From Stegostoma tigrinum (Eukaryota): a stretch of DNA of 64,000 nucleotides. Shown piece by piece: positions 33,385 to 45,900 of the stretch. The DNA lies in contig NC_081370.1 of assembly GCF_030684315.1 (NCBI RefSeq), positions 34,366,728-34,430,727 on the forward strand, read 5' to 3'. The translations under genes and the position numbers were made by a program. Each line of letters opens with the position of its first letter. The first letter of the stretch is position 1. The notes beneath the pieces are model-generated. The model searched no databases. It was not told the DNA's origin and was given only the letters and a program-made list of their open reading frames with translations.

Positions 33385-35345
33385 TAAGATAACAAGAGTC
33401 CAGAGACAGTATGTTCCTGTTAGGGTGAAGGGCAAGGCTGATGGGTTTAGGGAATGCTGGATGACTACAGAAATTGAAGGAATATTTTTAATACAGAAAT
33501 CAGGAGGGCAAAAAGGGAACATGAGATAGCTTTGGCAAATAAGGTTAAGGACAACCCAAAGGGATTCTACAAATACATTAAGAACAAAATACAATAGGAC
33601 CCCTTAGAGAGTAGCAAGGTCACCATTTGTGGAACTGCAGGAAATGGGGGGGATACTTAAACAAGTATTTTGCACCAATGTTTACTGAGGAGAACGATAT
33701 GGAAGATAGAGAACATGAGCAAATAAATGGCGACATCTTGAAAAATATCCATATTCCAAAGGAGGAGGTGCTTAACGTCTGAAAATGCATAAAAGTGGAT
33801 AAATCCGCAGGACCTGATTAGATGTACCCTAGAAATCTGTGGGAACTGAGGGAAGTGATTGCTGGGCCTTTTGCTGAGATATTTGTATCAGTGAAAGACG
33901 CAGGTGAGGTGCCGGAAGACCGGAGTTTGGCTAATGTTCTGTCATTATTTAAGAAAGGTGGTAAGAAAAAGCTAAAGAACTATAGACCAGTGAGATGACA
34001 TTGGTGGTGGCCAAGTTGTTGGAGGAATCCTGAGGGACAGGATTTACATGTATTTGGAAAGGCAAGGACGGATTAGGGACAGTCAATATGGTTTTATGCT
34101 TGGGAAATTGTGTCTCACTATCTTGATTGAGTTTTTTGAAGAGGTAACAAGTACTGATGAGGATAAAGTTATGAATGTGATCTCTATGGATTTCAGTAAG
34201 AAATTCAACAAGGTTTCTCATGGTAGACTGTTTCACAAGGTTAGATCACATGGAAATAGAGGGACATCTATATGTTTGATTCCAGAACTGGCTTGAAGGT
34301 AGCAAGCAGAGAGTGGCGGTGGTGGAGAGTTGGTTTTCAGACTGGAGGTCCGTGACCAGCAATGTGCCACAAGGGATTGGTGCTGGGTCCTCTGTTTTTT
34401 TTGTCATTTATATAAGTGATTTGGATGTGAACATAGGAGGTATGGTTAGTAAGTTTGCAGATGACATTAAAATTGGAGATGTAGTGGACAGCAATAAAGT
34501 TACCTCAAAGTACGATGGGATCTTGATGAGATAGCCAATGGGATGAGGAGTGGCAGATGAACTTTAATTTAGATAAATGTCAGGTGCTGCATTTTGGAAA
34601 GGCAAATCACGGCAGGAGTTATACACTTAATGGTAAGGTTCTAGTGATTGTTGCTGAAGAAACAGACCTTGGAGTGCAGGTTCATAGTTCTTTGAAAGTA
34701 GAATCGTAGATAGATAGGATAGTGAAGAAGGTGTTTAATATGCTTCCCTTTATTGGTCAGTGCATTGAGTATAGGATTAGGAGGTCATGTTGTAGCTCTG
34801 CAGGACATTGGTTGGGATACTTTCTGAGTTTTGCATGTATATCTGGTCTCCCTCCTATAGGAATGATGTTGTGAAACTGGAGAGAGTTCAGAGAAGATTT
34901 ACAAGGATATTGCCAGGTTTGGACGGTTTGAGCTATAGGGAGAGTCTGAATAGACTGGGGCTGCTTTCTCTGGAGCATTGGAGGCTGAGGCGTGACCTTA
35001 TAGAGGTTTATAAAATCCTGGGGTTCATGGATAGGACAAACAGGCAAGGTCTTTTCCACTGAGGAGGGAGTCAAAAATAGAGGGAATAGGTTTGAGTTGA
35101 GAGGGGAAAGATAAAGTAGGGACTTTTCAAGCAGATATTTGGACTGAGGTGCCAGCAGAAGTGATAGAGGCCGGTATAATTACAACATTTAAAAGGCATC
35201 TGGATGGATATATGAACAGGAAAAGTTACAGGGATATGGGCCAATTGCTGGCAAATGGTACTAGATTTATATAGGATATCTGTTCGGCATGGACGAGTTG
35301 GACTGAAGGGTCTGTTTCCATGCTGTATATGACTCTGTGACTCTG
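33385..35345 (+). mobile_element. Degenerate CR1-like LINE ORF2 and 3' end
   Basis: SQYGF..CLT.LIEFFEEVT, MDFSK.F.KV.H, VSKFADDIK, LERVQRRFTR and a (GACTCT)n tail. Confidence 0.88.
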
Positions 35346-37339
35346 TCTGAGGGAGATGGTGTCTTGCTGAGAGGAAAGGGTAGTCAGCCTCTGGTTAACT
35401 TTTTATCGGCTTCCTGTTTGAACTTTCCCACACTTCTCCCCCATCTCAAAGTTAAAAGGTACCAGTCCTTAGTGAGGTCAAGGGCACTTATGGTCAATTA
35501 CGGAGAGTCACCACAGTTGGTCAAAGGACTCATTCAATTGCAGTAAGGGAATTTCTACCCAGTCTGTCACTTGAGCCCACCACTGCCTGGGGATCATTGT
35601 CTTTCCTGTCTGTGGATGGGCCTCAGTTATTCCTGCAGGTCAGCCATTCTGAAGATTATAAGCTCATAATTCAAGGATCTATGGAAACATCACTCTAGGG
35701 CCTGGATGATACTCAGCTGGAGATATCTTCACCAGTCAGTCTGAGGATTGGGCCATGGTTAGAACTGGGATTTAGATAATAAGCATTAAGGGTCTTTATC
35801 AGATGATCCATGGAGTGTCGAATAAGTGGGAAACTCAGGTCTGGGGATGGGCTATATCATGCTGTGATGCTGAGGGGTGAATGACAATCAAGTTGCCCAA
35901 GTTCCACTGTAAGGCTGGAATGATTTACAGTGTAGGAGTGCTTGGATGCTGTGGAATCCAAATCACTATCACTCTATTTCAGTGGGAGGACAGTGGATTA
36001 AAATCATAGACATGGCAAAGTGGTAATCCATGGGCTGAGGGGGGAAAATTGGGGATGCTAAAAGTCAAATAAAGTGTTGGATGATGGGACATGAAAGCTG
36101 ATGGGGTTGACAGGAACAGCAACTCAAAACCCAGAACATGAAGGGTTAGGACTATTGGGCAGACTCTAAAATTACTTGCAAGAGCATGAACTAGATAGTG
36201 TGCCATTTTCAACTGAAACTTAACAAATCTAAAAACAAAAAAGGTGAAAACACATAAATTTATTTCTTTTTCCTGCTAGTGCAGGACAGGGCAGACTGAT
36301 TTGTTACGTATGTCTTTGCTAGGGGCAATTGCATTAATCAAGCGTCTGTAGATTCAATAATGCCACGTGTACAATCAAATTGCATTTCATATGCAGCTTG
36401 TGCATTGACCAAAATTGTACATTAAATATTCTGGAGATCTGAAATAAAAGCAGGAAGTGATGAAGAAACTCAGCAGGTCTGGCAGCATCTGCAGCAAGAG
36501 AAACATAGGTACTGTTTTGAGGCTGATGAATCTTTGGAAGCTCTGTTTCTAAAACACATTAAAAACCTTGGCCTCAAGCAATCGTGACAATTTCATCACT
36601 TATAATAATGGATCTTCGCCATCTCCGCAAAGCTGATGTGACTGCTGGAAATCTTGAAAGTGACACCTCAGTGCACCAGTTCACATACATATTTCACAGG
36701 TGTCACTGCTGCACACTGCTTTAGAGCTGCTACCCTGCCACAATGAACTCCAAATATGTAAGAACATTGTCTGTTAAATCCACTAGTGTATTTCTTAGCT
36801 GAGTGAGTGGGATGGGGGAAGAGTGCAATGACAGTCTAGTCCTACCAGATTTGTAATCTTGCTCTGTTGTTTGGTGACATGTTTTTCACTACATATATCT
36901 AAATAAGGTGAAATAACTGAGGTCCACATGGAGGCAAGTACATTGCCTTCTGTTATGAGAGTTGTCCATATCATAATGTATTGCAGCCTAACATGAAACT
37001 TCATTTCCATTTGTTATGACTGCTCAGGAATCATATCACCGAGAAGCTGTTTTGGTTATGATATTCCCCTCAGAGTATAAGTGCACCTATTTCAAATGGA
37101 TCTACAATGGCTGGGACTATTGTTACTGATACAGTCCCACACAGACAGCCCAAAAGGAGGCAACAATTACAAAAGCAAATCTTTGAACAACAGAAACATC
37201 AATGTCTGATGAGCAGCTTCCAGAGAGAGAGAGAGAAGCAGCAACAGGAAGTCTTTGCAGGATGCAGAGGAGGATGAGGAGACTCAGAATCTGCCATTTG
37301 CCCTGTCTTTCTTTCAGACATCCACGGTTCAATATTGGC

Positions 37340-37560
37340 TGGCGTCCCTAGACACCATACCAGAACTGTGTCATTTACTGAAACAGGACATGCAATCAGA
37401 AGGCGTGGGCAGTCATCCCATTACAGTGGCCATCAAGGTAACAGGAAAGCTTAACTTCAATGCATTCTGGTCCATTCCAAGGAGCTGCTTGCTGATCGAG
37501 TCAGGCCTTGTCCTCTTCACGGCTGTGGATGCCACTGCAAAAGAGAAGAGAGGTCATTAG
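37340..37560 (+). mobile_element. Possible fossil PIF/Harbinger transposase fragment
   Basis: ELCHLL..D....HPITVAIKVT..LNF resembles the Harbinger transposase N-terminal region; short and degenerate. Confidence 0.45.
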
Positions 37561-37619
37561 TTGTACAAGGGGTTCGAAGTTTGAGCACCCGAAGAATGAG
37601 TTCAAATTGGCACATTGAT

Positions 37620-37905
37620 GGCACAGTGGTTAGTCTTGCTGCCTCACAGCACCAGGAACTTGGGTTCGATTCCACCCTCGGGTGACTGTGTGAAGTTTGC
37701 ACATTCTCCCTGTGTCTGAGTACATTTCCTCCAGGTGCTTCAGTTTCTGCTGACAGTCCAAAGGTGTGCAGGTTAGGTAGATTGTCTTTGACAAATGTGG
37801 AGATAGGGTGGTAGTGGGGTTGTCTGTGTGGGAAGTTCTTTTGAAAGTCACTGCAGACTTGGTGGGTCAAATGGCCACTTTCTATGCTGCAGGGATTCTT
37901 TGATT
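37620..37905 (+). mobile_element. V-SINE (HE1-like)
   Basis: A and B boxes plus V-domain. Confidence 0.8.
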
Positions 37906-38584
37906 CTATGATGGTCGTGGGAGGGCTGCGCAGCACAGAACATGAAGCTGATGGGTTGCCTGAGCATGGAGCATTCACTATTTCCATGAGTGGTCTCAAC
38001 TCCCTCTAGATATTGTGAAGATCACCTCTTTATATCGAGCAAGGAGTCAAACATTACCCATCCATCTTTTCTCCTCAAATCCTGCTGTGACACATTCCAT
38101 TTCAATGTTTTCAGTGTTTCAAAAGGCCATCTCTCATTCTTCTAAACTCCAATGCATACATACCCAACTTTCTCAATCTCTCCTCAGAAGATAGTGTCTC
38201 TATATCCAAGACCAACTAAGTGAATCTTCTCCAGAGTGATTATCTCTTTCTTGAGGTCAGGAGATCAAAACCATTCACAGATGTTCGTGAGAAGAACTTT
38301 GCAGCATGGAAAGGGCTGTTTCTGCTGTTGTCTTTTCTGGTGCCTAGGCCAATGCCAATTGATCCTTCCGGTTTCATTTCTTTGAGACTTTGTACCGATT
38401 GGTACAACTGAATGGCTTGCCAGGCTACTTCAGAAGGCAATTAAGAGTCAACCACATGGCTGTGGGTCCACAGTCACTTTTAGGCCAGACCAGGTGGGGA
38501 TGGCAGATTTCCTTCCCTGAAAGATAATAGTGATCCAGATGGGTTTTTCTAACAATTGGTGATGGTTTCATGGTGATGTTAGGA

Positions 38585-39853
38585 AGGAGATAATCAGCAT
38601 GGCTTTGTGAGGGACAGGTCATGCCTCAAAAGCCTTATTGAATTCTTTGAGGATGTGACTAAACACATTGATAAAGGTCGAGCAGTGAATACAGTGTATA
38701 TGGATTTTAGCATGGCATTTGATAAGGTTCCCCACGGTAGCCTCATTCAGAAAGTAAGGAGACATGGGATTCAGGGAAATTTGAATGTCTGGATAAAAAA
38801 ACTCGCTGTCCAATAGAAAACAGAAGGTGGTAGAGATGGAAAGTATTTAGCCTGGAGCTCGGTGACCAGTGGTGTTCCGCAGGGATCTGTTCTGGGATCT
38901 CTGCTCTTTGTGATCTTTATAAATGACTTGGATGAGGAAGTGGAAGTGTGAGTTATGGAGTTTGTTGATGACACAAAGGTTGTTGGAGTTGTAGATAGCG
39001 TGGAGGGCTGTTGCAGGATGCAAAGGGACATTGATAGGATGTAAAGCTGGACAAAGAAGTGAAAGATGGAATTCAACCCAGAAAAGTGATTCATTTTGGA
39101 AGATCGAATTTGAATGCAGAATACAAAGTTAACGGTAGGATTCTCAGCAGTGTGGAGGAACAGAGGGATCTTGGGGTCCATCCATAGATCCTTCAAAGTT
39201 GCCACCCAAATTGATAAGGTTTTAAGAAGGCATATAGTGCGATGGCTTTCATCGGCAGGGGTATTGAGTTTAAGAGTCGTGAGATTATGCTGCAGCTCTG
39301 TAAAACCCTGGTTAGACCACTCACAGAATATTGTGTTCAGTTCTGGTCACCTCATTATAGGAAGGATGAGGAAGCTTTAGAGAGGGTGCAGAGGAGATTT
39401 ACCAGGATGCTGCCTGGACTGGAGAGCAGGTGTTCTGAGGAAAGGTTGAGGGAGCTAGGGCTTTTCTTACTGGAGTTAAGAGGATGAGACGTGATTGATA
39501 GAGGTTTACAAGGTGATGAGAGGCATAGATCAAGGAGACAGCCAGAGACTTTTCCCCAGGGTGGAAATGACTATTACAAGTTGGCATAATTTTAAGGTGA
39601 TTGGAGGAAGGTATAGGGGAAATGTCAGAGCTAGGTTCTTTACACAGAGAATGGTGGGTACATGGAATGCTCTGCCAGTGATGGTAGTGGAGTCAGATAC
39701 ACGAGGGATATTTAAGTGACTCTTGGATAGGCACATGGATGACAGTAAAATGAAGGGTATGCAGATTAGTTTGATTTTTAGAGTAGGATAATAGATCAGC
39801 ATAATATCGTGGGCTGAAGGGCCTGAACTGTGCTGCACGGTTCCATGTTCTAT
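38585..39853 (+). mobile_element. CR1-like LINE RT C-terminus and 3' end
   Basis: [31 protein letters not shown] and EYCVQFWSPHYRKD. Confidence 0.88.
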
Positions 39854-40188
39854 GAAGCAATTGAGGTTTGAAGGAAGTCTACATTTTTAGATAACACAGT
39901 GTGGAGCTGGAGGAACACAGCAGACCAGGCAGCATCAGAGGAGCAGGAAAATTGACGTTGGTGGTCGGGAGAAGGATCCCAAACCAAAACGTCAGTTTTC
40001 CTGCTCCTCTGATGCTGCCTGGTCTGCTTTGTTCCTCCAGCTCCACACCTTGTTATCTCTGACTCCAGCGCGGGCTGTTTGACAGCTGGGCACTGATCAT
40101 GGGTAGGACCTTGGTCTCCCTCCATGGCTCCTAATCTGAGGTTCTGACCCAGTGCCCCATCAACTAACTAGGCAGTTCTTGCTATCTC

Positions 40189-41326
40189 AGATAACAAAGT
40201 GTGAAGCTGGATGAATACAGCAGGCCAAGCAGCATCTCAGGAGCACAAAAGCTGACGTTTCGGGCCTAGACCCTTCATCAGAGAGGGGGATGGGGAGTGG
40301 GAACTGGAATAAATAGGGAGAGAGGGGGAGGTTGGGATGGGGAGAGGGAACTGGAATAAATAGGGTGAGGGGGGAGGTGGACCGAAGATGGAGAGAAAAC
40401 AAAATAGGTAGAGAGGAGAGGATAGGTGAGGAGGTAGGGAGGGGATAGGTCAGTCCAGGGAAGATGGACAGGTCAAGGAGGCGGCATGAGGTTGTAGGTA
40501 GGAAATGGAGGTGCTTGAGGTGGGAGGAAGGGATGGGTGAGAGGAAGAACAGGTTAGGGAGGCAGAGACAGGCTGGGCTGGTTTTGGGATGCAGTGGGGG
40601 GAGGGGAAGAACTGGGCTGGTTTTGGGATGCAGTGGGGGGAGGGGAAGAACTGGGCTGGTTTTGGGATGCAGTGGGGGGAGGGGAAGAACTGGGCTGGTT
40701 TTGGGATGTGCATCCCCCCACTGCATCCCAAAACCAGCCCAGCCTGTCTCTGCCTCCCTAACCTGTTCTTCCTCTCACCCATCCCTTCCTCCCACCTCAA
40801 GCCGCACCTCCATTTCCTTCCTACCACCTCATCCCGCCTCCTTGACCTGTCCGTCTTCCCTGGACTGACCTATACTCTCCTCCTCACCTAAGATAATAAA
40901 ATGTGAGGCTGGATGAACACAGCAGGCCAAGCAGCATCTCAGGAGCACAAAAGCTGACGTTTCGGGCCGAGACCCTTCATCAGAGGATGAAGGGTCTAGG
41001 CCCGAAACGTCAGCTTTTGTGCTCCTGAGATGCTGCTAGGCCTGCTGTGTTCCTCCAGCCTCACATTTTATTATCTTGGAATTCTCCAGCATCTGCAGTT
41101 CCCATTATCTCTCTCCTCCCCACCTATCTTCTTTCCTCTCCATCTTCGGTTTGCCTCCCCCTCTCTCCCTATTTATTTCAGAACCCTCTCCCCATCCCCC
41201 TCTCTGAAGGGTCTAGGCCCGAAACGTCAGCTTTTGTGCTCCTGAGATGCTGCTTGGCCTGCTGTGTTTATCCAGCTTCACACTTTGTTATCTTGGATTC
41301 TCCAGCATCTGCAGTTCCCATTATCA
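40189..41326. mobile_element. Composite inverted array of Penelope-like termini with 16-bp TSD
   Basis: CAGTTCTTGCTATCTC at 40173 and 41327. A minus arm runs to ~40710 and a plus arm follows, with a nested palindrome at ~40891-41110 and a 39-bp tandem unit (about 3.4 copies) at 40573-40708. Confidence 0.85.
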
Positions 41327-41464
41327 CAGTTCTTGCTATCTCTACGTTTTTAGGTTGTTCTGGTTGGGGCGTTTTGATTTAATAGATACAAATTCAGTAT
41401 TCGTACCCAAGAGTAGTTCTAATGAGTTTGCATATTTTCTTTTTAAAACGGATATGGGTGCTCA

Positions 41465-42629
41465 GAGATAATGGGAACTGCAGATGCTGGAGAATTCCAA
41501 GATAATCAAATGTGAGGCTGGATGAACACAGCAGGCCAAGCAGCATCTCAGGAGCACAAAAGCTGACGTTTCGGGCCTAGACCCTTCATCAGAGAGGGGG
41601 ATGGGGAGAGGGAACTGGAATAAATAGGGAGAGAGGGGGAGGCGGACCGAAGATGGAGAGTAAAGAAGATAGGTGGAGAGAGTATAGGTGGGGAGGTAGG
41701 GAGGGGATAGGTCAGTCCAGGGAAGATGGACAGGTCAAGGAGGTGGGATGAGGTTAGTAGGTAGCTGGGGGTGCGGCTTGGGGTGGGAGGAAGGGATGGG
41801 TGAGAGGCAGAACCGGTTAGGGAGGCAGAGACAGGTTGGACTGGTTTTGGGATGCAGTGGGTGGGGGGAAGAGCTGGGCTGGTTGTGTGGTGCAGTGGGG
41901 GGAGGGGACAAACTAGGCTGGTTGAGGGATGCAGTAGGGGAAGGGGAGATTTTGAAACTGGTGAAGTCCACATTGATACCATATGGCTGCAGGGTTCCCA
42001 GGCGGAATATGAGTTGCTGTTCCTGCAACCTTCGGGTGGCATCATTGTGGCAGTGCAGGAGGCCCATGATGGACATGTCATCTCGAGAATGGGAGGGGGA
42101 GTGGAAATGGTTTGCGACTGGGAGGTGCAGTTGTTTGTTGCGAACTGAGCGGAGGTGTTCTGCAAAGCGGTCCCCAAGCCTCCGCTTGGTTTCCCCAATG
42201 TAGAGGAAGCCGCACCGGGTACAGTGGATGCAGTATACCACATTGGCAGAGGTGCAGGTGAACCTCTGCTTAATGTGGAATGTCATCTTGGGGCCTGGGA
42301 TGGGGGTGAGGGAGGAGGTGTGGGGACAAGTGTAGCATTTCCTGCGGTTGCATGGGAAGGTGCCGGGTGTGGTGGGGTTGGAGGGCAGTGTGGAGTGAAC
42401 AAGGGAGTCACGGAGAAAGTGGTCTCTCCGGAAAGCAGACAGGGGAGGGGATGGAAAAATGTCTTGGGTGGTGGGGTCGGATTGTAAATGGCGGAAGTGT
42501 CGGAGGATGATGCGTTGTATCCGGAGGTTGGTGGGGTGGTGTGTGAGAATGAGGGGGATCCTCTTAGGGCGGTTGTGGCGGGGGCGGGGTGTGAGGGATG
42601 TGTTGCGGGAAATACGGGAGACGCGGTCA
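41465..42629 (-). mobile_element. 5'-truncated Penelope-like element (intact GIY-YIG reading frame) abutting the gene B promoter
   Basis: Minus-strand frame ..NVVYCIHCTRCGFLYIGETKRRLGDRFAEH..; close paralogue of 30315-31400. Confidence 0.92.
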
Positions 42630-42639
42630 AACGTGCTCA

Positions 42640-42839
42640 GTTTCGGAACTGTGTCCACCTTCACCAAGCTGACTCTGCAATCGCTGCGCCCCCCAGCGGT
42701 GGAAATTGGACAGTCGGCTCCGCCCGAGCCCGGTGAAAGTGAAACTCGGGCCGAGCGGAAGCTGCCCGTTGGTGTGCTGTCGGGTTTACAACGAGAGAAG
42801 CGCCGGATCGGGTCACGCACACACACACAGAGAGGGGCC
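42640..42839 (+). promoter_or_regulatory. CpG-rich promoter and 5'UTR of gene B
   Basis: Local CpG enrichment, inverted CCAAT (ATTGG 42705), GC box (CTCCGCCC 42718), ISRE (42735) and ETS-like CGGAAG (42756), all just upstream of the leader ATG. Confidence 0.75.
42735..42746 (+). promoter_or_regulatory. ISRE / IRF-binding element
   Basis: GAAAGTGAAACT matches the GAAANNGAAACT consensus and lies about 95 nt upstream of the ATG. Confidence 0.8.
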
Positions 42840-42912
42840 ATGGGCCCGGTGAGGAGCTCGCTGCCGCCTCTGGTCCCGGTGTTAGCACTGCTGACCCTGG
42901 TACCGCACTCAG
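42840..42912 (+). CDS. NCR3LG1-like: Gene B signal-peptide exon
   Basis: Kozak context GCCATGG. Encodes MGPVRSSLPPLVPVLALLTLVPHS; donor CAG|gtaaag is phase 1. Confidence 0.88.
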
Positions 42913-45900
42913 GTAAAGGTCGGGGATGGGGGAGCGGCCATTCGGCCGTCTTCGGGAATGCTGGGCTCAAAAGTTCAGGCTTTGTACTTTGCCCGTGCAT
43001 TTTCTCCGGGTGTAAAATAGGAGATGGGCATTTCCTCTCCTAGGACGCTATTTAATATGTTTTGTGTTGAAATTGGCTAAATAAAGCTTAAATTCCTCGT
43101 CGAGCTGGAGAAACTCAGAAATTCACCGTCTGGAGAGAGAAAATAGAATTAATGTTTCGGGTCCAGTGACCTTTCTTCAGCACTTCTGCGCTTTTAAAAA
43201 TACAATTGTACCCATTTGGACGTACATGGAATAGCGTAGGTTAGATGGGCTTGAGATAGGTATGACAGGTCGGCACAACATCGAGGGCCGAAGGGCCTGT
43301 ATTGTGCTGTAATGTTCTATGTTCATTTTGCTTCTACTTTCGTTACGGAAATAGCATTAGTTTGAATAATGTGTTTCAAAAATATATATAAGGTGTAGAG
43401 CTGGATGAACACAGCAGGCCGAGGAGCATGAAGGCTGACGTTTCGGGTCGAGACTTTCTGGAGAAGCTCTGCACCGTGTTACCTCAGATTCTCCAACATC
43501 GGCAGCTCCTACTATCCCTTTCAAAAATATATGTCGTTATTCTGCCTTGCACGGGCTGTTTGACAGCTGGGCACTGACTACTGGTAGGATCTTGGTCTCA
43601 CTCCAGAGCTCCTGACCTGAGGTTCTGACCCAGTGCCCCATCAACTAACTGGGCACAGCCTGCTTTAATACAGGGTTGTGGAATCATACTGTACACTAGA
43701 GGTCCATGGAGTCTGCACCAATGGAAGACTACTCGAAGTCTACACTAGTTCCCCAGACCATCACTTGGCCCCCAGCCTTCAATGTTATGACATTTCAAGA
43801 GCTCATCCATGTACCTTTTAAAGACTTTTGAGGTTTCCCAACTCAGCTTCCTTCCTGTGTAGTGCATTCCAGATTTCCGTCACCCTCTGGTTGAGAGAAA
43901 ATACCTCCAAACACCCTCTAAGCCTCCTGTCTGTCACCTTAAAATCACACCCCCTTATTATGTGCTATTTAGCTAAGGGCAAAGGCTGCTTTCTGTTTGT
44001 GCTGTCCCTGTCCCGCATAATCTTACGTCTCTGGCTTAGGTCTCCTTTCAGCCTTCCCTGCAACAATGGTAATAACCTGAGTTTCTGCAGCCTCTTTCCT
44101 TAGCTAAACATCATGAAAATGCAAGGCAACCAATTTAATGGGTTGTGAGACTATCTTACATCTATTGCTTGCTTTCTTTTAATTTTCGCTTCAAGCAATG
44201 TATTCACTGCTTGTGGAAGCCCCCAGTTTCATCAGGCAAATACTATGTTGATAATGTTACAATTTCCCGCAAGTAAAATTTTCACCTAAGTGCTGCTTTG
44301 TGACTAAGTACTTTTTTTGGAACACAGACAGAAATAGGGAAAGCAGCTACCCTTCATATCTCAGCACCTAGCATCTTTGTGCTGATTAGGAAATGTTTGT
44401 TGCCAATACTCTCTTTTCAGAATGGCGATAAAAGTCGTGACATCTGTCCAACTTTGCCCCGGAGATATTTGAGGAGTTATCCTTGGTCTAACCTTATTTT
44501 CAACTATATGGGGTCTAGGTGATATATAATGAAGACATAGCCTCTTTGGCTACATGTACAGCAATCACACCCAGCTTGACACCACCACCACCTCTCTTCA
44601 AACTCTGTCATTTTCTCTCTCAGCTTGATTGTCTGACATCCAGTTCAATCAAAAACAGGTTGAAATTTCTTTTAAACTGAAAATCACTAAGCCATGACCG
44701 ACTGCAGTATAGGCACCTTTATCATAGTTGGATTCCCTCAGTTTCAGCTTTCCTATTTACAATTGCAGTGTCCTGCTTGATCCCAAGTTGGAGTTCTGAC
44801 CTCATTTTCTCTTCATGCCAAGACCGTCTACTTCCACGTTTTTATCTATACCTTTGTTTTAAATTGTATCCTTGAGATACGGGCATATCTGGCTAGGCTG
44901 GGATTATTTGCATATCTCTAAATGCCCAGAGTGCACTTGAGAGTTGCTCTGGGTCTGGAGTTGCATGCAGGCCAGAACAGGTAAAAGCAGCAGCATCGTT
45001 CCTTAAATGATGTTAATGAGCCAGTGTGTGTTTTTTCACAACTATCAGCAGTGGTTGCATTTTATTGTAGAGCTATTTTTTAAAATTCCTCCTTCTATTG
45101 AATTCAGATTGGACCCTTTTACTCAGATAAAAACCAAAAGAACTGCAGATGCTGTAAATCAAAAACAATGCCGCTGGAAAAGCTCAGCAGGTCTGGCAGC
45201 ATCTTTGACAGAGAAAACAAAGTTAATGTTTCGGGTCCAGTGACAAATAATTCTAGCCTAGCCAGATATGACCATATCTCAGTTTTGAGTTACTAGTCCA
45301 GTGACATTAAAATACACCACTTGGGCCTCGTTTGTTTTATGAAGACCCTCATGCAATCTTTTGACACCATCTAGGCTCCTGTTTTGTCTGAGCATTGAAC
45401 TTTTTTTTTCTGCAATGCTTGGTGCATTATTGTTGTCCAGGGTGTTCTACAAATGCAGGATGTTGGTGGAATTGTTGAAATGACAGTAATCCTTCAGTCG
45501 ATTCAGGACTTAATGTTCAAGATACATATTGTTCTGATAGCATCTTTATTGAAATAGTTGGGCTGCTGGATGAATTATCTGCTGATAATTTTGATCTTGA
45601 TTGTTGCAGAACAAGGTGACCTAATTGTGTCGATGAATTCAGGAATTGTGAAAGCCACCGTAAATAAAGATGTTGTTCTGGAGTGCCGAGTTTCTGACTA
45701 CAGAAGAAAAATTGAGCTTAAAAACATGGGCGTCCAGTGGTTCTACCAAGAATCAGGCTCTCTAGATGCGCAGAAACGAGAGGTTTATCAATTCATTGCT
45801 GGCAAACATATACCATACAGAAAAGGAGCCACAATTATTGACGATTATTTGAAGGAAGGAATAGCTTCCCTTTTTCTTCCAAGTGTGCAATTTTCTGAAG

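Noticed and set aside
40573-40708. CRISPR-like or coding repeat (LPLPPLHPKTSPV)n
   Set aside because: It is a head-to-tail 39-bp duplication without spacers inside a retroelement terminus, in a vertebrate genome.
41735-43000. 421-aa minus-strand ORF as a host gene
   Set aside because: It is a chance fusion of GC-rich antisense promoter sequence with a Penelope endonuclease fragment.
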